Assembly: GCA_051362555.1 (NCBI GenBank)
Contig: CM120640.1
Coordinates: forward strand, 66,938,788 to 67,002,787
From: Lingula anatina
Lineage: Eukaryota; Animalia; Brachiopoda
Length of the DNA stretch: 64,000 nt
Direction: 5' to 3'
How positions within the stretch are numbered: the stretch's first letter is position 1; the number at the start of each line of letters is the position of its first letter. The position numbers and the translations under genes were made by a program. This document shows, one piece after another, positions 1 to 12,100 of this stretch. The notes below the pieces were generated by a model. The model searched no databases. It saw only the letters and a list, made by a program, of their open reading frames with translations, and was not told the DNA's origin.

Positions 1-1115
1 ACATCTGGGAGCATAGACCTGAAACAATATGTAATATGCAATATGAGACTATGAATGTAATTGTGCACTAGTAGAAAACATTGCAGAAAGATGATCTGAT
101 AACTTTTGGGGCATACTTTTGAAAAAAATGCAAATATATTTCTACATATACACTAGTACACATGCATATTCTAAATTGCCAGAAAACCGTATCTTACGGC
201 ACTGCTTTCTTAGCTAGTGTCCAAAACATTTCCAAAACATTTCAACTGTAATTTCAAAGTAGTTGATATAACTGTCCTCAATCAATGAAGAGCTGCCATT
301 AAGCCATCATGTCAATGATTGTTACACGTTACCATGGAAGTAAGTAAGCCACAGATATACTGCTCCCTGCTATGGCCATAACAATATAGACCAGCCACAC
401 CAGGTCATCATTCTCATTTTGAGGAAAAAACAGCTGGACATAGAAAATAGGGATCATAATCTGTGAAGAGAAAAGGCAATATATATAACATGTAGATGGC
501 ACACTTCAGGTTGTTTTAGTGTGTTAAATATTGTTAATTGGTCCATTTCAATTCAGTTCAAAAATTATGCACTAAATTTAATCCAAGTCTTCATTTGAAC
601 ATGCAGGTAAATGTATGTGTGATATCACTGGGTCTGGGATACACTGTAATAGCAGATTTTTCTCTGCAAATACATGTGAGTAAACCTCACTCTCTCCAAA
701 ATAACTTTAAAGTATTATAATGCAAGCTGCTTCGTTTTTGTTTTTGTTAGAATTTCTCTATTTTTTAACATATGCAGTACGTGTTATACAGATAAATCAG
801 ATACTTTCAGAAAAACTTTTTTCAAAGTTCGCCACTTTAGTTAAAACAATCATTTTAAACTCACTATCATTCCCCAAGCAAAGGCACTTTTCTTGCCATA
901 TTTTTTCAGAAACCACTGCCATAATGGAATACATAATATTGCTGTACCCTGAAAAACATGCAAGGATATATCTTATCATGCAAAATAAATTAAACCAAAA
1001 TTACCGATTTATTTTAAGAACATATTGAATAAACCCACTACTCCCATGAATATGTTTACAGTTAAGCCTCAAGACTAGTCAAAAGATTTGTGAAATATTA
1101 TTTATAGTATCTAAG

Positions 1116-1163
<48 letters not shown>

Positions 1164-4100
1164 ATAATTTTATATCTGCCTCCCCTTACCAGTAACAGCA
1201 GTATCATAGTATCAAAAGAATCCCCCACATTCAAACTATGTGTCAAGAACAAGGTGAGGTTTCCTTGCACAATCTGAAATTTTCATAAAATTTCTGAAAT
1301 TATTATAAAATTTCATTTTTAATCATTGTCTAACCACAAAGTTCATAAGCTGATCATTACTAAAGTACAATTTGTTTTTTTTTTACTCAACATAATTCAT
1401 AATTGGTACAGTATATCTGTATATCTTATAATACTTAGTCCTGTTGGTGTTGATGTTATTTTTACTTATTTTGATTTCCAATGCTAAAGTGTACATAACA
1501 TAATTCAAGCTGAAAAGGGTTAGAATTCTTTACTAAGGACAACGTCTTTGTTGAAAACTGATTACAAATCTTCACAATGGACAATATGTCTTTGTTGAAA
1601 ACCAGTCAGAATTTATATGGTTTGTGTACCAGGGTCTTACCTGTATAGCTAATGACACAAACATGAAGGCAAGTGTCAGCTTTACGTAAGGGCCATGGGT
1701 GAATACCACTTTGTAGCTTACACAGAAAGATTCATGGTCATCATGTTGATAATCTGAAACATTATACTTTACAATGAGTTGCATTGTGTTCAATATTAAA
1801 AAAAAACAGAAATTCAAGCTCAATAGCACTGCATGTACACTGATATGCATCCCTTTGAAGTATGGGTTTTCAGAAAAGTGATAAAACAGGAGAAGATAGA
1901 AATATAATGGAATTATGCAAACACTGTACCAGGTACCTAAGGGCCCATTCCCAATGAAACGATCATTCTACGTCGATCAATCCAACTCTGTTGGGATTCT
2001 AGCTGAATGCAATCAGATTAACAGATTAACATGCCTCCTCTTGGCGCCGAGTAGATTACAGAAAAGTTGGTGAGTATATCAGTATCTTGGAAACAGAGTT
2101 CGATCGATCTATATAGAATAACATAACAAAAGTCAGTGATACTTAGTGAGTAATCTGATGGTCCAATATGTACAATCATGCAGTTATATTGCCTATGTGT
2201 GCCAATTTATTTTTACCCTATAGGATTTCTTTTTATTGACATGCCTTATTTCATTAAAAATAGTTTGTGGGAAAAAAGTGCAAATATAAAATACATAGTA
2301 TTGTTCTTTGATGATATCTCATATTTCTCAGACCCATATAATCATTTTTTTCAGCCAAAACTTTGTAATATTTAACTTCCATCACATTACATATGGGACT
2401 CCAGAATTTATCTTAATTTCTAGTCTCTAATTTTGTGGTTGTACAAGCAAAAGAATCACTGACAAAGCAACTAGCACACAAACCTCTATTTTCATGAACT
2501 CCACACACCGTAAAAAGCACACACAGTAAGTAAATCCCAGCCAGAATACCAGTGGAGAGCAAGTAAATAAATTTCTGCAAATAAAGCAGGCATTAAAAGC
2601 TCTCCAACCTAGGCTAATTTCAAGCTACATGCAAGGTTTTCAAACTTTTCCTAAGTTTAAAAGAAAAATTCAGAAACATTTACAGCCAATGAGACAATTA
2701 AAAGAATACTGAAAAGTCTCTATTATAATGCCGCATCTGCACAGTGCATTTAAAGACATTCTGTTTCATTTTATTTGTACTTTCCCATCTGATATATTAC
2801 TTTAATAGCTCACACAATTAAGTATGAAGACAGTTAATATGAGCACTCAAAATTTAAAACTTTCCAAATAAAGTACAGGTAACATCCACACAATACAGAT
2901 ATACATATATATATATCTGCCTATTATCACCTGATTCTCAATATTCTCTTTACAGGGTTTGTTTTGTCCCTCTCCACAAGAACTTTCCCTGTAGATGTTA
3001 ATGAGTGGTGCCTGCACCCCCACAGCCAATACAACCCCAACTATCTCAAACAACATGCCTAGAAAACAAGTAAACATCTCTTATAATTATTCATAACAGT
3101 AAAGGCAAATGATGTGCTTAATTATAAAACAATTTTCACTTCTGTACCATTTTCATTACAAAAAAATAAATATAAATAAATAAAATACAAATAAATAAAT
3201 AAATAAATAAATGAAAAAATAAATAATAATAAACGAAGAGCAACAACAAAAATAATAACAGCAATATAAAAATAAAGTACAGCCTTTAAAATTAAATGGA
3301 ATCCATAAAGGTTACATGACACTATAAGCAAACCTTTCAGGGGCGGATTGAGGCCGTCTTCAGGGTCTTCCAAAAGACGGACAGATTTTAAAGTTTACAT
3401 TGACGGGTATCTAATTTTTTCTGTCGGGAGGCGGTCAAAAATGGAGGATGGAGCAACAAAGATAATTTGGAAAACTGTCAGAAAATATCTCTGGATCCGC
3501 CCCTGCCTTTGGTATTGTGAGGAATAGAAATAGAAGAATTGAATAAAACAGTGTTATTTAGAGAAGCCATCACACAAACTTACGAAAAGAAGTGGCAGAA
3601 TCTCTTTCTTTTTGATCATCTGTCAGGTACATGGTAAGTGAACTGTATGGCACATGAAGACACTGTAACATATTTTATGTCATGCACAAGCCCAAAATTC
3701 CAACATGCCAAATACCATAACTGTTAGGCAAAATATGTTATCCAAAATCTTCAAAAAATAATACAGTAATAATTAAACCAATTCCTAAAGGTTTGGAAAA
3801 AGCAATAACTATGATACTGACATTATTTTAACTGAAAACAAAATTTAGGAATATTTCAAAAGTGTAAAGAAGAAAAATAGTTTAATTATGGAGAAATTAA
3901 AAAACTTACTGTCAATAATGTTTGGAACAGACAATAGAGAGCCAGGTAGTATCCTATTTTAGCCCCACGGGAGACATCTGGGACATACCAGAGGAAAAAA
4001 TAGGCTACACAGGCAAATGGAGTTGAAGTAAATATCCTGTTATAAATAGAAAAGAAACAATAAATAACATCTTAGAACTGCAAGACTAACATTTACCATT

Positions 4101-5725
4101 GTGTAATTGATGTTTCTACATCAACTTCTCTTTTCAGTCTTCTATTCACAATATTTCTCAAATGACATAATTACATTTTTTTAAATTAAAATTTCTTGTT
4201 AAATTTAATTATTTTCTAGGACAAATATTTCTATTACATAAATAACATAATATAATTCAAAGTGATATAAACCAGTTTTTGATAAGATGATAATAACTGC
4301 AAAATCAAATTATCTTTAGTAACTTGTACTGTACAATGCACTTTGAATATTACAATGACATCAGTGTTTGGACTTTATAACATAAGCAGATATCAAAATA
4401 AAAAGACAAGACTTTGAAAGGTCTTTATGCTAGTTTATATAGCAATGAATGACTGATCCATATTGGCACATCATCAAAAATTGAATCACTTTAAAGACTT
4501 ACCAGGGTTTGAGCTTGCCAAACCTTGTTCTTGTTTTATTAACAAAATATCCTATAACTGGATCAGTAATGGCATCCCATCCTTTTCCAACAAACACTAC
4601 CACAGAGACATCGTACGCCTCTAGCTGGAGAAATACAGGAAACAACAATGGTAATGTCTTTATTGGAATTCAACTGGTGTTAGAAATTTTATCTCCAACT
4701 TTTTTTTCGATATTATTCCTATTTGCTGATGCTTACAACAGGGGCAGATTCAGGCCGTCTTCTGGGTCTTCCGGAAGACGGTCAGATTTTCAATTTTTCA
4801 TTGATGGGTATCTAATTTTTTCTGTCGGAAGACGGTCAAAAATGGAGGCTGGATCAACAAAGATAATTTGGAAGACTGTCAGAAAAAATCTCTGGATTCG
4901 CCCCTGTACAAGTAGAAGAAATGTTTGAATACCAATGAATGAAAATGCAAATTCATCTGTCAACATTTATAAGGGCAATTTCACAGTCAAACAAAATACA
5001 ACTCACTTGTGCAACTTCTAGCAGGAAGACAGAGAAGAAGAATGCAATGGCAGTGCCAGTCATCTGGTAAGGAATTCCACCCAAAGCAAAGAATAACTTC
5101 ACATGCCACTTAAGTCTATGGGGCCAATTGTGGATTTCTGTGAGAGGGACTTTCCCCTGGAAAATATTTTCTTTAAATCTAAGTGAAAAAAAAAACAACA
5201 GATCTTTTTACATTTAAGGGTTTAAAAAATGGAAAAGGGTAAAAATGTGTATTTGAAATACTGCAAAAACTGAAAATACACACCAAAAACAGAATCATTG
5301 AGTAATGATGTTAAACTTAGTGTTTATCTTAAAAAAACATTTTAAAAATGTTTCGAGAACTTGTCTCAGTTTTATTATTTAGAAACGTCTAATAATCAGG
5401 AAGTGTAAATTACAGATATTCACTCAAAGAATCACTGACAATGACACAGTGTTGACCTCACCACGCCAGATAATTTAAATTTTCTGTGTCTAGCTCTTTT
5501 TTTTTTTTCAAATATTCTAGGTGTTTTTTGTGAAAAGAAAATGAAAATCACAGGTAAACAGATCGAATCATGCGTTCATTGCCGATATTAACATGTACAT
5601 AACCTCGTTCTTTTCTTCTTATCATTGTTTAATAATAATATGCAACGGTTATAAGAAATTACGTGAAATTTTCAATACGTATAAATTCTTACCGTTTCGC
5701 GTAAATCACTGTGAGCATCTGCCAT
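1..5725 (-). CDS. MFSD2: MFSD2A/B-like Na+-coupled MFS (GPH/MelB-family) transporter, 3' end outside window
   Basis: Frame-consistent GT-AG exons (minus): 5693-5725, 5007-5156, 4503-4624, 3910-4036, 3584-3662, 2931-3058, 2484-2574, 1641-1753, 1190-1273, 865-948, 333-460, 1-18. The translation has MFSD2 hallmark segments: ALGGIPYQMTG, GKGWDAITDPVIG, FGKLKPW, HVPYSSLTMYLTDDQKERDSATSFRM, HGPYVKL, VQGNLTLF, PLWQWFLKKYGKK, AYLLPWSMLPDV. Confidence 0.93.
1941..2119. mobile_element. Degraded inverted-repeat element (possible Harbinger-like MITE)
   Basis: ATTCTACGTCGATCAATCCAACTCTGTT (about 1966) is an imperfect reverse complement of AACAGAGTTCGATCGATCTATATAGAAT (ends about 2119). The left end begins TAA|GGGCCCATTCCCA; the right terminus is not recognisable. 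Confidence 0.45.
3338..3505 (+). mobile_element. MITE family A, copy 1 (CAGGGGCGGAT TIRs, 5-bp TSD CCTTT)
   Basis: Begins CAGGGGCGGAT and ends ATCCGCCCCTG. CCTTT flanks both sides. Aligns end to end with 4739-4906. Confidence 0.9.
4739..4906 (+). mobile_element. MITE family A, copy 2 (5-bp TSD TACAA)
   Basis: CAGGGGCAGAT...ATTCGCCCCTG with TACAA on both flanks. Colinear with copy 1. Confidence 0.9.
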
Positions 5726-6162
5726 GCCGGTTATATTTTGCAGGAATCAATGTCTGTCAAAAGAAGTTGCTGTCTTAAGAGCAGCCTGTACTAGATGTAT
5801 ACATCACCACTTGACCAACTTAAAGTTTGAGTTCACAGAGCAATGTTTACCCCTTACTGATACAAAGAGCGACCTAGATAGTACAAAATGACCCTATATT
5901 CTGAATCTCCCACCTGATCATGTGGAAGTTAACACTGTCTCGTGACACGATTACGACATTCTATATCCAGACAAATAAAAGAAGACAGAGACTAAATAAT
6001 GGTCCTATTGTGTAAATTAATATATAACGACATTTTACTGCACAGTTTGCTCACACAAATCATGACAGCTATTGTTTGCTGCTCGCTGATGCTTGTATCA
6101 TGTAAATTGAATGTCGCAATATAGCGTCAACTTCAGGCTGCTGTTGTCTGCTATTTTTGAAC
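5726..6162. promoter_or_regulatory. Short bidirectional promoter between MFSD2 and ENOSF1
   Basis: Divergent ATGs at 5725 (-) and 6163 (+) are 437 bp apart. Contains TCATGTG (about 5918) and GTCTCGTGAC (about 5937), which are E-box/CLEAR-like. Confidence 0.7.
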
Positions 6163-7473
6163 ATGGCTGTGAAGATAACAGGCATCACTGCGCGTGACAT
6201 ACGCTTTCCAACGTCCCTCGAGGGAGATGGTTCTGATGCTATCGTGAGAACATTTATATCATGTTGGCACTTTCTTACCTAGGCTTATAAATCAAGAAGC
6301 ACCTTGCTTGCTGGTGGTGGTGGTGGTTGTGAGCTGTAAAGCTTGCAAGAAATGCATCCTTGCGTCTGCTGCGCGGGGAGGGGTTTGTGTGTGTGTTTGT
6401 GTGTTGGGGGGGGGGGGGGGGGGTTAAAAATTGAAAATTTTCTCATAAATGAACCATTGTAATAGACTTTATATCTGTGTATGTTGGTTGGTTGGAAGAT
6501 TTTGGTGGGTGGGGGAAAACATGTACATTTACATTGTATTTGTTCAATCATAAAGTTCAGATTTTTTGTTAAAAATGAGTTACTCCTTCAATCAAAACTT
6601 TACATATGCTCATAGCATAATTGTAAAATAATTAGTAGAACTGCTAGTTTTTATGACAGCATCTGCTTGTACTAGATGGGATCATACATGTACACAGTAC
6701 TACATGTAGTACATGTACATGTATATCATTAAAACCATGTTGACGACAAATACAGGTATTTTTATGTTCCAAATTTACTGTAAGTGTACTTGAAACAAAT
6801 GTAGCTTTTTATTATTCAATGTATATGAAAAATGCTCATTGTTCTTTTTATGTTACAATGTATATATTTTCTTACAGCATACTGATCCTGATTATTCCTG
6901 TGCCTATATCACCCTCACCACAAGTACAGAGGCCAAAGGCTTTGGTCACACCTTCACCATTGGAAGGGGAACAGAAATTGGTGAGATGAGAACTAGATGT
7001 GGCACAAAAATGGCTGAAAAGAAAAATTAAATATTTGAATAATATTACATATATTTTATTGGCTTATTTTGTATAATATCCCTTTTGTATTGTCCAGGTA
7101 ACATATTTATTTACCTGTATCCATTCACTTAAGGCTGCATGGTTATTCAGAATACAGTTATACTTAGTGTGTAAAAGAATAATGTAAAAACATATGTCTG
7201 TTCTGATTTATTTAATTATCTTGAAATTACAGTCTGTGAAGCTGCTCATGCTCTTGGTGAATTTGTGGTAGGCAAGCACCTGCAGGAGATCACTGCAGAC
7301 TTTGCTGGGTTCTGGAGAGCCCTGGCCAATGACTCACAGCTAAGATGGGTAATATGATGGTCATTCTTAGTACAATCAAAATGTGTCCCCCAAGCCATAT
7401 TCAAAAGGCGCCTGCACTGGTACAAGTGTAGTATAAAAGCATTTATAACAGTTGACATGTCCCATGTACAGAA

Positions 7474-7522
<49 letters not shown>

Positions 7523-8971
7523 GTCGGATAGGGGGTGATACTCATATACAACAACATATTATGTTAACAAAACATCAAGGCTGTTGCAAATATCCATATA
7601 AAGTCAAAATGCATTATGCCATTATACCACTATATTTCAGCTGGGACCAGAGAAAGGTGTGGTTCATCTTGCAACATGTGCCATTGTCAATGCTGTGTGG
7701 GATCTGTGGGCTAAGGTAGAAAGAAAGGTAAGCATGTTACCCCATAAGTTACAATGCTGTGTGGGATCTGTGGGCTAAGATAGAAGGAAAGGTAAGCATG
7801 TCACCCCATAAGTTACAATGCTGTGTGGGATCTGTGGGCTTAGGTGGAAGAAAGATAAGCAAATGCTACCCTTAAAGTTACAATGTGATGGACAAACCAA
7901 ACTGTTCAGTCAAAGCTTAACTTTTCTAGCAGCAGTATGTATGATTAACATTGAAATTTTAAAGACTTCCATGCCAGGATATTTCTGCCAAAACTATTCA
8001 ACGATTCTTCCTGGGCTAAACTGCATCCCCCCAGACTTACCAACCTTTTAAAACCTTTCAATTGTCCTCATGAAAGTTCACCAAAAAGCAATCCTTGCGT
8101 AGAATGTGTTTAAAATCCTGGCTTGCATCACTTTAAGTTTGCAATATCACCAACAGTGTTACATTCAAAATATTCTAGGACTTATTTTATGAAGTGATAA
8201 ATCTAAAGTAAAGCCAGGTATAATAAAAAAATTGAATAAAAATCTTTGGGTGTATTCAACATTTTTTGAGAAAACTGGTATACACTATTAGAAACTTGAT
8301 CTAAGTTAATTTTTTTCTTTGCAGCCCTTATGGAAGTTATTAGCAGACATGGTATGTAGATAGATTTCATAGAACATATCTTGTTTGTTGGTTTATGAAA
8401 TTGAAACAGTATGGTCATTTTGACATTAAGATTTGGATATTCTCATAAAAACTAACACTTAGTAAAATAGAAATGAAATACACAAAGAAAATGATTTCAA
8501 AATTAATTGAATAATAATTTTGAAATCATTTTTTTTTATTCCTTTTTTTCAGACACCTGAAGAATTAGTTTCAGTGATAGATTTTCGATACATGTAAGTT
8601 GTACATGAGTTGAAAAGATCATGTAAAACTAAATGGTATGTTGTGTTTCTCATTTGTCTTTAAATGTGAATCAGTATAGTTCTTTTTCTTAGTGTATTTT
8701 CCTTGCTGGATGTTTTAAACTTAAACTTAAGAAGTAATTATGTGCCTATGCTTTAATGATGTGGATGTGTGTTTTTTTTATTGCTGAGTGCTAAGTAACT
8801 AGATGTTTTTAACTTTTAAGGGCAGTAAGAGGTTTTTAAATGTTTTACCCTTTAACTGTTTGTTGTTTTAACTTTAAAATTTAATTCTAATTATTTTTTT
8901 CATAAACTGTCTGTAATCCATTTATATTCACATCTCAAACTTGGTGGCCTTTATTATTATTATTATTATTA

Positions 8972-9010
<39 letters not shown>

Positions 9011-9121
9011 GGGTTTTTTTACTTTTATTATTATTTTATTATTTTACTTTTATATCATTTTCAAGAGCTTGGACAGAAAAGAAATTCTGATGTACTGGTA
9101 TATTTTGCATTTATGTGTTAG

Positions 9122-9175
<54 letters not shown>

Positions 9176-12100
9176 TATAAATGTTATTGTTATATTAGCT
9201 GCTGTGTTATATTTGAGTTTATCACTATATTTATGATGTCTGAATTGCAATTTCAGATCAGATTTGCTGACCCGAGAGGAAGCCCTTGGTATGATTTTTG
9301 TTTTGCTTGCCCATACATTGCAATTTAAAAAATTGTGTTTTTAAAAGATTTTTAAGAGTGCCATATACATATATGTATTTTTTTAAAACAGTCTTCCTTT
9401 GTTTGATGTATGTGTTAAAAATGTCATGTCTTTGCAGAGATATTGAAGAAAGGCCAAGATGGCAAAAAAGAAAGAGGTAATGTAAGAGTTGAAGAATTAC
9501 GTGTAGTGTTGCATGTGTACATTTTTTGTTGAAATTGAAGATTTTAAGGTTTAAGATTAATCTGTATCAGCTCACTTTATTTTTTATAGGTTTACTACCC
9601 CCCCTTATGAAGATATCTGTATATATATAAACCACACATCTTTTACTGTTTAATATCTGTTAGTTTGTCTTAAATTAGACCAATTGTTCCTCTGCTTCGT
9701 TAGCCTGCTCATCTTTTTGAATTTCTGATGATAATATTTAGTGTAATTTGAATGAAGGAGAGACTAAAAAGAAAGGGTTATTTTCTTTTGATGTTGTTTT
9801 AGAAGCAGAGCTGATATCTAAGGGATACCCTGCTTACATCACCTCTGCTGGATGGTCTGGTTATGATGAACAAAAAACTAGACAGGTAGAAATGGATATC
9901 AGTGTTTGTGAATAAAATGTTAGTATTGCATTTCAATATTGCACAATTATGAAAGCAGGAGTATTTTATATGAATCAGAGTTTGTTTTGATTGTAAGTTT
10001 TGATATTGTATAAAATGTGAAGAAAATATTTTATGTGAAGAAAATTTTTTATTTGTAGAAATGCAAAGAGGCCCTTGCAAAAGGATTTGTCAGGTAAGAA
10101 AATTCATTACACTATTGTACTATTTTATAAGATATATCTCAACAGACATTATCTTGAAAAAATGTACATGTATATGTGAACAATCATTCTGTCTCCTCAC
10201 AACTAATTTTAAGTGGAATAATTTTTCACCTGTAGATTCAAGGCCAAAGTTGGCACTGGAATTGAGGCTGACAGAAGGAGATTGGCTGTGATGAGAGAAG
10301 AGATAGGATATGACAAGTTACTTGTGAGTAAAATCCACAAAATGAAACTACAGTTTAGATTTTTCTCATTAGTAATGTTGTTGATTGCTATGAAATAATG
10401 AAGCAAAATCAGAGGTAGTCAAATTAAATAAAAAATGCCAAGTGATATAAAAAGGAAGACAATTATGGATCATGTTTCAGATCAATACTTACTGTAATAA
10501 AATAGTGAAAGATTGATTTTTCTTGAATTAAATTACCAATATCTTGGTGTAAAAGTTAAGATTTTGCTTGCAGGGATTTCACTGTCCCTGATGAGGACGT
10601 TTTTATTTCTTGTGTGCCATTTCAATCTCTCTTCCAGCTCTCTTAATTTTGTCATTAAGTTTTCCCTTTGCTTCACTGTTTGTTTGCACTTCTGTTTCTA
10701 GCCGTTCAATCCGCTGTGTTAGTTGATCAAATTTTCAGGCCTACCCAACTACCAGACTCAGCACCGAATGATCCTGAATTCACCGGTAGATCAGACCACG
10801 CTACCCGTTTTCAAGGTGTGTGTCAGATCGCATTACACAGTATCATACCCTGAACAAATTTTGAGTGGTGATGCAATGCTTCTCAACATTGCGTACTAGG
10901 CAAGAGCGGTGTCGTGTCTGATACTGTGATCTGACACACATTGAAAATGGGTAGTGTGGTCTGATCTACCGGTGAATTCAGCATCATTCGGTGCCAAGTC
11001 TGGTAGTTGGGTAGGCCTGATTTTGGCTGATATTTCTCCTCGAGATCTTCCATCCTTTCTCCTTTTTCATTGTCGTCTGCATCATCTCTTTCCTTATCAT
11101 ACCCATTCAGAATGCTCTTGACTATTAAAGTATATTAAGTTTTTCTAGTTTCTGTTCTTTAATTTTCTTTAATTCACTTTTCACATCTTAAATGTCTTCT
11201 TATTAACTGAATATTTTCAGCAATGTCACTTGAGTATATCTCCTCTACACCCTCCTCTTGTTCCTCCATAGGTCTATTCTTACTAGCTGATCTTTTACAT
11301 TTAATGGACACCATATTAAATTCAGTTATTTCATTGCTTACGTAGTTCCTTTATCCCAGGGTGTTCAGACCAGGTAGCCAGTTTCTGTCATGTCAAATGC
11401 ACTGTACAGGTACAGGTGAGTACTAGTACTCAGTGTAAATTTACCTGTATGTGAGTACCCCAAGGTAGATGACTATTTTAATATTTTAATATTATAATGA
11501 CACTACCATTAAAATGGTAGTGTCATTATAATAAGTTTCCTATTGTCTAGATAGTCTTACTTGATTTCTTGAGAAGTCTTTGTGGCCATTATATCATAGT
11601 CCATATTCTCAAATCTTGAGGAGAAAGGAGTTATTGAAAAATGCATTTTCTCTCAATACATCTACTCTTCTGGTTGTTTGTTGTTTCTCCTTGGTCACAA
11701 CTATCTTATCAACTTGCCAGTCCACTACAATTCTCAAAAACAAGATTCATGTCCTACAAGAGAGTACTTTATATACAGGCTTAAGAAAACAGTACGATAC
11801 CAAACATACAATGACCATAACAGATGCTATACTTAATTGCAAAACAGTGACTTTATAATAAGATTGGCAGCTTACTTATATCATTGTAACAAAATGAGAA
11901 AATGATATAACAAGACCATTGAATCAGTGGACTTAATGTATATCTTTACTTTCATATTTATATTAAGAACATTTGTTACTTTTATTGCATTTTCATCCTA
12001 TAAAATAATGTGTTGAACTATGTACTCTGGGTCTGAAGGCCTAAAATATGAAATAGATAAAACTTGAAAAAATAAAAAAAATCTTGAACACTTGTATAAA

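Noticed and set aside
4509-4928. 139-aa plus-strand ORF
   Set aside because: It is the antisense of an MFSD2 exon running into MITE family A copy 2, not a gene.
7688-7886. Regularly spaced repeats resembling a CRISPR array
   Set aside because: Whole units are repeated with no unique spacers, there are no cas genes, and the context is a eukaryotic intron.
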